A stretch of 63,155 nt of DNA, the filler included, from Reclinomonas americana ATCC 50394 (Eukaryota), in NCBI GenBank assembly GCA_048213135.1. It is 11 parts of 11 records of this genome, joined end to end, with 100 filler letters (N's around TTAATTAATTAA, not from the genome) between each part and the next. Parts side by side here need not be neighbours in the genome. Positions count along the whole stretch, not along the records: positions 35,281 to 39,520 come from AFZH01017129.1; positions 39,621 to 41,597 come from AFZH01017130.1; positions 41,698 to 43,606 come from AFZH01017131.1; positions 43,707 to 46,406 come from AFZH01017132.1; positions 46,507 to 47,666 come from AFZH01017133.1; positions 47,767 to 54,196 come from AFZH01017134.1; 5 more parts are not named here. One strand, 5' to 3'. The stretch's first letter is position 1, and each line of letters opens with the position of its first letter. The position numbers were made by a program, and so were the translations under genes. Below the pieces are notes generated by a model. It searched no databases, was not told the origin of the DNA, and saw only the letters and a program-made list of their open reading frames with translations. Shown here in pieces: positions 37,400-48,488 of the stretch.

Positions 37400-38390
37400 T
37401 TGACTTCTCCTTTGCGTGGTTGTTGTCTGAGCGACGGTGGAGTCGTGTCGTTGGTGTTTCTCATTGCCTTGTCTGATGATGAGTCGTTCATGTTTCCGTC
37501 TTGCCCTTGGTTCTTCTCATTCGCGAGAAGAATGAGTCGCTCTGTATGGCGTGCTTATCTTCTCCTTCGCGCTGTTGTGGTCTCAGCGAAGAACGCGTCT
37601 TTGGTATTTCTCGTTTCCTTGTTTGGATTAATGAGTCGTTCTTGTGTCTTGGCCCTTCTCCTCTCGTCTCGCGAAGAATATGTTGTGCTGCTCTTCTGTT
37701 CTGTTCCTTTGCGCGTGGGTGTTGCTGGGTATTTCTCAGTTCTTTGTCTGGAACTGCTGGTTGTATTCGAGCCCTTGGTTCTTCTGATTCGCGAGAAGGA
37801 TGAGTTCCGTCCCTTCCTTTGCGTGGGTGTTGTTTGAGCGACGGTGGAGCGTCTTTAGTGTTTCTCGTTTCCTTCTGTGCATCAACAAGTCGTTCTTGTG
37901 TCCGTCGAGCCCTTGTTTCTTCTCTTTTTACCTCGCGAATGATGGGTTGTGCTTCGTGATATCCTACTCTTCCGTTTCCCCCTCCTTCGCATGGGTGTTG
38001 TTTGAGCGACGGTGGAGCCTTTGGTATTTCTCGTTTCCTTGCTTGGATCAAGTCGTTCTCGTGTCCATCGAGCCCTTGCTTCTTCTCTTCTTGCCTCGCG
38101 AGTGATGGGCTGTGCTTCGTGGTATCCTACTCTTCCGTTCCCCTCTCCTTCGCATGGGTGTGCTGGAGATACAACAGATCGTTCTTGTGTCTATCGAGCC
38201 CTGGGTTCCTCGCTTCTCGTCTCGCGAAGGATGGGCTGTTCACCTCTGCCCGTCTCGTTGTTGCTTGTCATCAGTTCATCGTCTTGTGACAATGGGTCGT
38301 TCTGGTGTCCATTACGCCCTTGGCTGTTCTCTTCTCGTCTCGCGAAGGATGATGGGCTGTGCTGCGGGGCGTTTCTCTTTCGCTGTTCTT
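37400..38390. repeat. Degenerate tandem repeat, about 6-7 units of ~110-170 bp
   Basis: Recurrent blocks gggtgttgtttgagcgacggtggagc (near 37429, 37836, 38004), tttctcgtttcctt, gtcgttcttgtgtc, gagcccttg and tcgcga. Confidence 0.85.
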
Positions 38391-38657
38391 CATCCAGTCT
38401 CTCCTCCTTCACGCCTCCACCCATCCCTTTCCCTTGTCCGCTCACTGTGCGATCCACAGGGTGGGGCGAGCCGCAACCGAGACCCTTCGACGACCACCAG
38501 TAGTAGAAAAAAATGAGTAAAAAAAACCCCACATTGCTTGTTACGTGCCTTCACTCGCGCACAAGACAACGCAACAGAACAGCAGCGTGCATGCACGACT
38601 ACACACATACACACTGGCGGGTACAACCAGAAAAAAACCACACACCCAACATGCGCC

Positions 38658-39247
38658 TCACTTGAAGGCGCTCTTGATCAGCGACCCAAAGCCGACCTTG
38701 TCACCAATGGCGACATCCACACCCTCAATGTTGTCTCGTCGCTGCAGCGTGGCAATCTGTGCACAACACACACACAATCAGCACCCTGCTCACTCTGTCT
38801 CTCTGTCTCTGTCTCACGCACTCACCTCGTCCTTGAGAGCGGCCTGCTCCTCGGCCGAGATGGCCACCGTCTTGTTTGACGAGCCCACCTTCGACTTGAG
38901 GTTGCGCAGCTGCTCCAGCCACTGCTTCTGGATCGAGTCAATCGACTTCTTGCCAGCTGCACACATGCCACCAAAGAGTGAGAGAGAGAGCGCAGTTGAT
39001 AACGGTGGCTCATGTCGCACATAAAAACACACACAAACGCACGCGCGCTCTCGTTCCTTCTTCGCTCTCTGACACACACACACTGCTGCATTACATACAC
39101 ACACGCGCGCGCGCGCTCACTTCAGACACACACTGCGTGCATTATCATTATCTTGCTTCTGTTTCTCTCTCCCGTTTCTCTCCACTGCTGCTCACCAGCC
39201 GCTGAGCTCATGTAGCGCTGGAAGCAACGGGTGGCCGACGACGCCAT
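38658..39247 (-). CDS. ATP5PF: Mitochondrial ATP synthase peripheral stalk subunit F6 (coupling factor 6)-like, 3 exons
   Basis: Exons 39247-39196, 38956-38826 and 38756-38658 give a presequence-like MASSATRCFQRYMSSAA, then KKSIDSIQKQWLEQLRNLKSK..AEEQAALKDEIATLQRR. This resembles the recalled F6 pattern DPIQKLFVDKIREYKSK..EYQQELEREL. Confidence 0.72.
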
Positions 39248-39349
39248 TCTTCGTTCAAGTGTGAGTGTGTGTGTGTGAAGTAAGGACAGTCGCACTCGCG
39301 CGCGCACGACTGTCCCTCGCTCGCACACAATCACACTTTCGTCTCGCTC

Positions 39350-40402
39350 ATGGCCGTGCTCGTTGACCGTGTGGAGTCGCCTGCACTCGAGCTCTCACAG
39401 CTCCTGGAGGAGCGATGCAAGATCGGCGGTCTGCGCAACGAAATCGCCGGCTTGCTCAGTGGCGGAGGCGACGTGCAGGCTCTGCGTCGTCTCACCGACG
39501 TGTGGACCTCGTCGGCCACCNNNNNNNNNNNNNNNNNNNNNNNNNNNNNNNNNNNNNNNNNNNNTTAATTAATTAANNNNNNNNNNNNNNNNNNNNNNNN
39601 NNNNNNNNNNNNNNNNNNNNAAGAGGAGGCGGCGGAGAGTGCTCCGGAACTGGCAGTGCGCGCCGTCGTCGCTGCCATCTCCACACCAACGTTCTACGAG
39701 GTGCGTTCCGTGCCTGCGGAGAGTTGTCTCGCCCAAAATGCTCACTTTTTTTCCTCGTTCAGTTTGACCGCGTGCTGGCGCTGCCGGTGGTGCGTGCTCT
39801 GTCCGGTGATGTGTCGAAGCGCTGGGCGTTGGATTTGGCGCGCATCTTTGCCGAGGGCACCATGGAGCAGCTGCAGGCGTTTTACGGTGACGCAGCAAAG
39901 GCGCAGGCCGCCGAGAGGGCTGGTGTGCCGCGCAACGACATTCAGGATCGGTTGCGGTTGCTGCAGTTGTGCGCCGAGTGGGCCTCACAAAACGACGGCT
40001 CCGCAATGCCCAAGGCACTGACGTTTGCACGGGCGGCGGAGGTGAGTTCGTGCTGACACCCTGTCTGGCGAGGGCAACAACCACCTCTAATTTTTTGTGT
40101 CTTGTGCAAATCGCAGTTGATGCAAGTGCGCGAGGAGGAGGTGGAGCGGTGGGTCGTCATGGCAGTACGCGCCGGCTTGGTGGATGCACGCATGAATGCC
40201 GTGCAAAAGACAATAACGATTCGGTGCGTCTCTCGTGGCGCTCCTACCTTGTTGAGCGAAGTGCTGACTCGTGATATTTATCAGGTCGGCGGCACAGCGG
40301 ACATTTGGCACGCGCGAGTGGCGGGCACTGGCTGGTCGCATCGCCGACTGGCGGAAGCATCTGCAGGCACTGGCCGGTGCCATTACCGGTTCGGCACCAT
40401 AG
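39350..40402 (+). CDS. EIF3M: Translation initiation factor eIF3 subunit M (PCI domain), spans a gap
   Basis: AVRAVVAAISTP..FDRVLALPVV..RIFAEG..RLRLLQL..EEEVERWVVMAVRAGLVDARMN..QRTFGTREW..L..W-TAG at 40402. Confidence 0.88.
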
Positions 40403-40531
40403 AGAATGAGAGCGGGTCGTGTGTGGATAGATGGACGCGAGGGAGCAGTGTTTTGATGAAAAAAAGGTATTGAATGTGATCTGTCCGTCGTATGCATACA
40501 CTCTCTCTCTCTCTCGCGCGCGCGCGCGCTT

Positions 40532-41597
40532 TCATAGCTTGGCCTTGGGTGCTGGAGAGGGTGGGGCGCACGGCGGTGCGTCGCTAAAGTACAGCAAGTT
40601 GTGCCGACGCTCCACCGGATACTTGATGTGCAGTCGGAGCAGACCGTCGCCTCTGCACTTGTGCAGCACGCTCTCCATGGCCGTGAGGCTGTCCGTGTCA
40701 CTGGTGTCGATCGAGAATGAGCACGTTGGATGGGGTAACGGTGTGGACGAGCAGACAGCACGCAACTTGCTGGCGGCGTACTGGTGATACAGCTGTGCAG
40801 GGACCCGGCGGTGAGATGAGCAGCATGAGGAGGCGAGTTCAGTTGATCTACTGTACCTGGAGTGGTCGCTGCAACATCCATTGCGTGTACGGCGTGATTC
40901 CGCGCTTCTCAAACACGCCACTGCCACTCTTGACCTGCGTGGTGATTCAGCACACAGCCACCAATGTCCTCTTTGACGGTGGTGCACACCTCAAACTTGT
41001 GCCAGCCAATGGCGCGGGGAATGGGCGCTGCCACTCGATCCTCACCCGGCTTGGCCGGTGCCTCGCGCCACTGTTCGAGGGCGCGTACCGTCGACTCGGC
41101 AATCGGCAAGAACTCTTCAAAGAAGCGAGCGAGAATGCGCAGCAGCGTGTCCGGCACCTCGTCGTCGGGCAGCAGATTGACTGGCAGCGTCGGCGAGTCG
41201 CCCAGACGGCGCATGCGGCGACACCACTGCGCCACGGCCGGTGCGAGGCGCTCCACCACCTGTGCACCGGTCAACACAACAAGCACGGCAAAGGGAGGAA
41301 GGGAGAGTGCACACCTTGACAGAGTTGGGATCGAAATGCAAGTGCGCCACGAATGGTCCAGCAAAGCTGAAATCGGCAAGGCATGGGCGGTCGCCCAGCA
41401 AAAAGTCAAAGTGCGACAGATGAGCATCCAAGTCCACCAGCAGGCCTGCCGTGTGAGAGAGTGAGCGAGTGTCATGAGCGAGGGAGAGAGAGAGAGAGAG
41501 AGCCCAACGAAACTCTCGTAGGACTCGCGCAGGTACGCCTCACTGCGATCGGTGATGCCGAGGAACGGTAGGCTGCCGCCAAAGAACTTGGCCAAGC
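40532..41597 (-). CDS. Glutathione S-transferase family protein with long C-terminal extension, ending in -AKL; 5' partial
   Basis: LDAHLSHFDFLLGDRPCLADFSFAGPFVAHLHFDP..APAVAQWCRRM..LPDDEVPDTL..PRAIGWHKF. Final exon ..PSPAPKAKL-TGA. Confidence 0.85.
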
Positions 41598-41697
41598 NNN
41601 NNNNNNNNNNNNNNNNNNNNNNNNNNNNNNNNNNNNNNNNNTTAATTAATTAANNNNNNNNNNNNNNNNNNNNNNNNNNNNNNNNNNNNNNNNNNNN

Positions 41698-42046
41698 CGT
41701 CTCCCAGAGAGCCCATGTCTTCATCTTCATCGTCTCCGTCGTCCGCAGCAGTAGTGCGCGAGCGAGGCCGCTTCTTGCCTGTGTGATGTTGAGCACGGAG
41801 AAAGAGAGAAAGAGATTCCCTGACAAGTGCAATGCACTTGGGCACTCGCTGCGTACCTGCGAGAGCGGCATCTGACACACGTTTGCTCACGGGTGAGCGC
41901 ACAGGCTGACATCGTCCCTGCTCATCAGCGGCGACAGTGGCCGTCGTTGTCGTCGTCGTCGCGGAAGGATTACCGACGTCCACAACCATTGGTACGCGCG
42001 CGTCAGTGGTCAGCCACGGACGCTGGTCAGCGCCCGCGCTGCTCAT
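41698..42046 (-). CDS. F-box family paralog, copy 3 (5' fragment only, truncated by gap)
   Basis: MSSAGADQRPW..ARVPMVVDV..SKRVS.A.LAG.QRVP, an intron, then GKKRPR...DEDEDMG. Closely matches the 5' end of the gene at 43858-45640. Confidence 0.8.
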
Positions 42047-42345
42047 GAGTGTTGGTGAATGTGAGCTGAAGCGCAGTGCTGGCGACGGCGAAAACGACGC
42101 AGGCTTTCGAGCTCGCAATATGTCCTGATATGCATGACAGAAATTGTCGTGTTGCGACTCAGCGTATCCGTGGGCGGCAGTTGCACAACGACGGACTGCC
42201 GATGTATTATCATGTGGACATGAATGCGAAAGCAAAGAGCAATGCATTCTGTCTGCATCACTCTAGATCTCGCAAACTTGAGCAAGTACATTTTTTTGTT
42301 GAAAACTCATAACGCACGAAGGTCGCAGCAGCTCACGTCGTGGGA

Positions 42346-43606
42346 TCACCAGTACTCGTCGTTTTCCGAATCGTACTCGTCGTACTCATCGTACCCATCG
42401 TACTCATCGACGTCGTCGTACGGATATCGGTCCAAGCTCATAAGAACGCGCAAGAAGCCAGCGACGCCATTGAGCTCGAAATCGAATGGGCGGTACATGC
42501 CGTGCCCGTTGTAACGACCGCGGAAGCCGGCGGGCCGCGGAGGCTTGTAGCCGTCGCAGCGGTGGCGGAAGGCGGCCATGGTGTCGCGGGCCGCCTGATC
42601 CCAGTTGCGGCTCCGCTGGTACTCTTGCAGCAGACGCTCCTGCGACGCGGTTTCGAACTTCTCGAAGAGGCCCGGCTTGTCGTAGTCCATGAGGAAGGAG
42701 CACACGCGGATCTTGGCCACCACCTGCGCCGGCTGCATGGCGTGTTGACCGTCGATCCACCGCGGAACCCAAGCCAAGTTCATGGGCACATGCATGCCGT
42801 ACTTGGCCAGCTCCGCCGTCAGGTCCGCACGCCGCTGTTGTGGGGTGCGCGCCATCAAATACTCGCGACCGTCGGCTGTCAGCTTCTGCGTGAATTCGGT
42901 CCGTTTCGTCGCCGTGGCGGCCCGGCGCGCACGCAGACGATCTTGTGCCTTCTCCAGCCTGTACAGTGTTCCGCCGTGACTGGCGAACGCCGCCATGCGC
43001 ACATTCCGTCGCGTCAGCTCCTTCGGCATGTTCTTGATCGTGACATCCCACTCCGCTTTCGCGTTGACCTGCCGCGAAAACGTGTACGCGCAACTGTGAC
43101 ACGCTGCACTGACGCGCTCAAAGTCGGCGTCGGCCTGCATCTCAGGCTCCACCGGGCACTCCAAACAAATCTTGCCGCGCTCAAACGCCAGCAGCACCGC
43201 ATACGGCTCCGCAAACTCCACCTTGCAGTGCGGCGAGCGCCACTCCGACGGCAACAGCGACGGCCAAACCACGCACGCACGCAATGAACGGCACACGCGC
43301 GCGCACCGGCCGACATCCACCGGCTCCAGCCACGAGTAGATGATCTGCCAGCACTCCTTGCCAATGCCGAGCACATCCATCCCGATGACCGGCATTGGCG
43401 GCGGCGGCGGCTTCTTTGCCCGGACGACTGCCCGCCGATGTGCAGTGGTAGCAGCAGCACCAGTGGTAGTGGTGCTGGCGGTGGCGGTGGTGGTGGCGGT
43501 GGCGGCGGCGGTAGCAGCAGCAGTACGTGCCAGAGCGGCGGCAAAGGCGGTGGTAATGGCCGTATTGGCCGCATTGACGGCATGGGGGGTGGCACGGGCG
43601 GCGACA
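42346..43606 (-). CDS. F-box protein with Cys4 motif and XPA-like helical region, copy 2 (5' end in gap)
   Basis: F-box-like VLGIGKECWQIIYSWLEPVDVGRCARVCRSLR, then CLEC..CHSC, TLYRL, RRADLTAELAKYG and an acidic aromatic tail ending ENDEYW. Confidence 0.78.
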
Positions 43607-43857
43607 NNNNNNNNNNNNNNNNNNNNNNNNNNNNNNNNNNNNNNNNNNNNTTAATTAATTAANNNNNNNNNNNNNNNNNNNNNNNNNNNNNNNNNNNNNN
43701 NNNNNNGCAGAAAGATAGCAAGAGGTGTTGGTGTCAGAACATAGGAAAAACCAACAAAGCCAGGCACGTGCAAGTGAGTCCGGGAAGGAGTTGAGGAATG
43801 AAATTCATAACAACAACCACAGGTCGCAGCAGAGCACCTTGAGGTGGCCACATGGCA

Positions 43858-45640
43858 TCACCAGTAGAAGTCATCATCCGAGTCGAACGAATCGAATTCG
43901 AACGAATCATAACGACTGAACCGATACTTGTAATCGCGTGGATCTTCGTACCAGTCGAATTCACGGTAGCGGTAGTGGGAAGTTCGTCGTTGCTGAGGTT
44001 CGTAGCGGTCGCAGCGAAGGCGGAAGGCGGCCATGGTGTTGCGGGCCGCCTGATCCCAATCGCGCGTCCGCTGGTACTCGTGCAGCAGACGCTCCTGCGA
44101 CGCGGTGTCGTACTTGTTGTAGATGCCCGGCTTGTCGTAGTCCATGATGAAGGAGCACACGCGGATCTTGGCCACCACCTGCGCCGGTTTCATGGCGTGC
44201 TGGCCGTCGAGCCACGCCGGAATCAAACGCGAGTCGGAGCGCGCATACAGGCCGTACTTGTCCAGCTCCGCCGTCAGGTCCGCCTGCCGCTGTGCCTTGG
44301 TGTGCGATCGCAAATACTCGCGACCGTCAGCCGTCAGCTTCTGTACGAATTCGGTCCACTTCTTCGCCGTGGCGGCCCGGCGCGCATGCAGACGATCCTC
44401 TGCCTTCTCAAGCCTGTACAGTGTTCCGCCGTGACTGGCAAACGCCGCCATGCGCACATTCCGCCGCGTCAGCTCCGCCAGCGCCGGCATTTTCTTGATC
44501 GTGACATCCCACTCGGCTTTCGCGTCGGCCTTCCGCGTAAACTTGTACGAGCAACTGTGACACGCTGCGCTGGCGCGCTCAAAGTCGGCGTCGGTCCGCA
44601 TCTCCGCCTTCACCGGGCACTCCAAGCAAATCTTGCCGCGCTCATACGCCAGCAGCACTGCGTACGGCTCCGCAAACTCCACCTTGCAGCGCGGCGGGCG
44701 CCACTCCGGAGGCAACAGCGACGGCCACACCACGCACGCACGCAGCGCACGGCACACACGCCCGCAGCGGCCGATATCCACCGGTTCCAGCCACGAGTAG
44801 ATGTTCTGCCAGCACTCCTTGCCAATGCCGAGCACGTCGACCCCAATGACGTCCTGAGGCTGCTTCTTTCCCCGACCGACTGCACGCCGGCGCACAACAG
44901 CTGTGGTAGGAGGAGGAGGCGGCGGAGGAGGAGGAGGAGGAGGAGGCGGAGGAGGAGGAGTAGCAGTGGTGGTGGTGGTAGTGGTGGCAGCGGCACGTGC
45001 ATGGACGGCGGCAAGTGCGGCGGCAAGTACGGCGGCGAGTGCGCTGGCAGTGGTGATGGTGGAGGCGGCCGTGATCGAAGGGGCCGCCGTGGCGGCGGTA
45101 GTGACGGCCATAGGAGGGATCACGGTGGCGACAGCAGTGGTGGTGAGCGGGGCCGCGGTGGACGGTGCCGTGGTTAACGTTGCGCGACGACGAATCTTGC
45201 GCTGCGGCTCATACTCCTCGTCTTTCTCGTCCTCCTCCTCCTCCTCCTCCTCGACTTCCTCAGCGCCCATGTCCTCATCTTCATCATCCGCGTCATCCGC
45301 GGTGCAGGCGACAGCAGCGACGGTGGTGCGCCGCGCAGGGCGAGGCCGCTTGTTGCCTGTGCGATGAGGGAGCATTGGGAGAGTGTGTGTGTGTGTGAAA
45401 GAGAGAGAGCGAGTGAGATTCCCCGACAGCGCCAACACACATTGGCACTCGCTGCGCACCTGCGAGAACGGCTGTCGACACTCGCTTGCTCTTGGCCGAG
45501 CGCGCAGGCTGCTGTCGTCGCTGCGTAACAGTGGTCGGAGTGGTGGTGGATGGATCGCTGACGTCAACAACCATTGGCACGCGCTCGTCAGCGACCACGG
45601 CCTGCTGCGGCGGACGCTCGTCCGCGCCCGCGCTGCTCAT
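43858..45640 (-). CDS. F-box protein with Cys4 motif and XPA-like helical region, copy 1 (apparently complete, one intron near 45360-45450)
   Basis: MSSAGADERPP.., NLS-like KRPR and RKIRRR, poly-E and poly-P linker, F-box GIGKECWQNIYSWLEPVDIGRCGRVCRALR, CLEC..CHSC, LTAELDKYGLYARSDSRL. Ends DDDFYW. Confidence 0.8.
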
Positions 45641-45839
45641 GAATGGGGAATGCCTATCAGTGCGATCCTTTTCTCGCGTCGCGCCTGCTCTCGGTATGTG
45701 CGCCCGGCGGTATGTCCGCAATGGGGGCAATGAACGGGACGGCGTCGTTCAATAATAATAATAGAAACTTCACTGATCCATACACAACAATGAGCATCTA
45801 CCAGTGATCGCCAACAAGTCTCTTTGTAGAATTGTATTA

Positions 45840-46350
45840 AACTACCACGCCTGCACCGAAACAATGGTGCACGAGGCGTGCACATCCGACGTTGCAAACG
45901 CCAGACGCAGGTCTCGCTTCGGCCACGCCCAGTTGGGCACGACGTCGTCGATACGGACCGACGCACCAGTGGTGTACGCCAGGATGCGTGAGTACGGCCA
46001 GTTGATCACTAGCGTAATGTCGCTGCTGGGCTCCAGCGGCTCGCTCGGTCTTGTGGGATTCTGTTTGGCGGCAGGCAGTCAGCAAACCACCACCACCGCC
46101 AACATCGCACACATTCAGCGAATTACATACCCGCGTGTAGACATCCAGCGGTGGTCGATTGCGATTGGCAGGATTGTGGTACAGAAAGATGGCAGGAGCA
46201 TGGTCCACCAGATGCTGGCCTTGCAAGACGCACACCGCCTGCGCTTCTTCACCGTCGATAAGGCCGAGAGCAAACAGAGGTGGCCTGTCGGTCGCTTCGG
46301 ACTCGATGCGACAGCTGCATCGTGCGACATCAGAACGGTGTACTTGCTGA
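45840..46350 (-). CDS. Possible 3' exons of a hypothetical protein, 5' end lost in gap
   Basis: Open, coding-like minus-strand exons (..DHAPAIFLYHNPANRNRPPLDVYTR | ..ITLVINWPYSRILAYTTG..VPNWAWP..). No recognised domain. Confidence 0.35.
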
Positions 46351-46506
46351 GTAGAACTTCAAGAGTGAAACAATTATGTAACGTCACACGCAAGATGCCA
46401 GTGGCCNNNNNNNNNNNNNNNNNNNNNNNNNNNNNNNNNNNNNNNNNNNNTTAATTAATTAANNNNNNNNNNNNNNNNNNNNNNNNNNNNNNNNNNNNNN
46501 NNNNNN

Positions 46507-47137
46507 ACCCCACCTGCATTGCGTGCACATATGAGTATGAGTGCTGCATGGAGACACGCGCACGCGCGCGCAGCACCATGTGACAGTGGCAAAGAGGAGG
46601 CCGAGTGCCAAAAAGTGCAAGCCCACAGTCACCGACACTGCGCGCAGCCACACCAACGGATTCCACACTTGCAGTGCCACGCAGAACGCCACGGTGAGCG
46701 CCGTCAGAAAGAGACACATGAGCACCACAAAGGCCGGATCGTCGCGAGAGCATCGATGAGAGGCGTCTACAGTGGTGCGCACGCGCGAGAGAGAGTGAGC
46801 ACTGAGAGGTGAAGAGAAGCGCGCGTGCACACACAGACCGCGTTGTCGAATGCAGTGCTTGTATCTGTCTCTCGCACGCAATCAGTCGCCACGTGTCTTT
46901 GCACATATGTGTGTTTGTGCGCGCAAGAGAGAGACGCAACGCTTTTCTGGGATCCGTGAGCAGCAGCTTCATGGTGTAGGCGGCCAACTCAAAGTCCATG
47001 TGCGACCATCGCACCGCGCGCAACAGATAGTCGCGTCCCGCCGACCAAAACGCACTGAACGCCGTCAGTGACGACGAGCCGCCTCCAGACGACGAGGACG
47101 AGAGAGGGCCACCAGGCGACCGCAGACGCGCACTCAT
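46507..47137 (-). CDS. UNC50: UNC-50/GMH1 Golgi membrane protein; 3' partial
   Basis: YLLRAVRWSHMDFELAAYTMKLLLTDPRK and RDDPAFVVLMCLFL followed by TM helices are UNC-50 signatures. Confidence 0.9.
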
Positions 47138-47197
47138 CAAGCAACAACAAAACGAATTTGCGCTCCAGACAACTCGCAGCGTGTTTTTGCGCGCAAC

Positions 47198-48378
47198 ATG
47201 AGTCGCCACACGCACCATCATGCGTTCAATCACCAACACCGCACGCTGTTCATTTGGTTGTCGATTGTGGGCACTGTGTTGTGTGCGTTGTTCTATGCGG
47301 TGGCGGCGGCGGCGGCGAGTGGCAGCTGGTGGCGGTGGTTCTGCGGGTTGACACTGGGAGTGGCGCGCGCACTGCTCGCCTGCACTATACTGTGTGTGGC
47401 GCAGCTGCTGTGTGCGCTGTGGAAGGTGCACTTTGACTTGTTTGCCGAGGATCCGTTTGTTGCGTGCATTGCTGCGATGGCATGAGTTACATCTCTCTCT
47501 CATTGTGTCGCGCGTCGTAGGACCGCATGAACTGGGCTGTGGTGAAGCGCGGTGGTCTGCGTGGCATCCGCAGTCTCAATGCCGAGTCGTGGATGCACTG
47601 GGCGTTTACGGTGGGCGGTGCGTTGACGGTGGGCTTTGTGGCGCCGCTGTTGGTGATTTGGAGTTTNNNNNNNNNNNNNNNNNNNNNNNNNNNNNNNNNN
47701 NNNNNNNNNNTTAATTAATTAANNNNNNNNNNNNNNNNNNNNNNNNNNNNNNNNNNNNNNNNNNNNGGTGGCCGCTGTCCAATGGCGAATCACTGCCCTT
47801 TAGCCCGTACACCAGAGGCAGCAAGGGGTTTGTGTGGCTGCAGCAGAAGCTCTGCTCTTTCTTCCCCCCTAACCCTCTGCCGGTGCGCGCGCAGTGTGCT
47901 GCACACCCAAGTGGCAATGCCGTGGGGTGTGGTGCACCTCTTCGACCTGCATCTCGACGCCTTCTCCAAGACAATACGCGAGATGCAGCTGCAGTCGCTG
48001 CGCAAGTGGCGTCTGGAGCGCCTCCTCGACACACGGCAACCGGTGGTCGTGGCCGGCGATTTTAACACACTACCGCTGGCCATGGACCGCCTCGGCAAGA
48101 CCCTGTTGCGTGACGCATGAGAGAGAGATCCGCGTGCTTCATCGTGCTCATCTCCACACAGTCTGGCCGGCCTGCGCTGTGATGGCGTCGCCTCGTGCTC
48201 CCACGGACGCACCCACCTGCCCGGCGTCTACCAAGGCCTGGATCACATTCTACTCAGCGAAGCACTCAAGTCCGCCGCGCCCTCAGAAGTGCTCTCCATG
48301 CCCTGCGCCGCCGCCGTCAATCACGCCGTTTCTGATCATCCCGGCGTGGTGCTGGCGGTGGAGCCGAGAGAACTGTAA
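47198..48378 (+). CDS. Membrane-anchored endonuclease/exonuclease/phosphatase (EEP)-fold hydrolase, spans a gap
   Basis: N-terminal hydrophobic helices. After the gap: HLFDLHLDAF, PVVVAGDFNT, GLDHILLS and SDHPGV, then TAA at 48378. Joining across the gap is inferred. Confidence 0.78.
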
Positions 48379-48488
48379 GCTGTGCTCGCATCATCATCAT
48401 CATGTAACAAGGAGATTGTGGATTCGCTCTTTATACACAGGCACTATACACACAGGGACCAGCAAGGGGGGGCCAAGTGAGATTGGAA

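Noticed and set aside
37400..38390. CRISPR-like reading of this repeat region and of the one at 7611-7985
   Set aside because: Whole units are homologous, with no unique spacers between identical short repeats. No cas genes, and the context is eukaryotic.
38658..38956. Ribosomal protein eL30 call suggested by KKSIDSI
   Set aside because: The rest lacks eL30 motifs. The presequence and helix pattern fit ATP synthase F6 better.
42340..45177. Long plus-strand ORFs 42340-43287 and 43852-45177, and similar antisense ORFs elsewhere
   Set aside because: Antisense shadows of GC-rich coding exons. The minus-strand frame carries the motifs.
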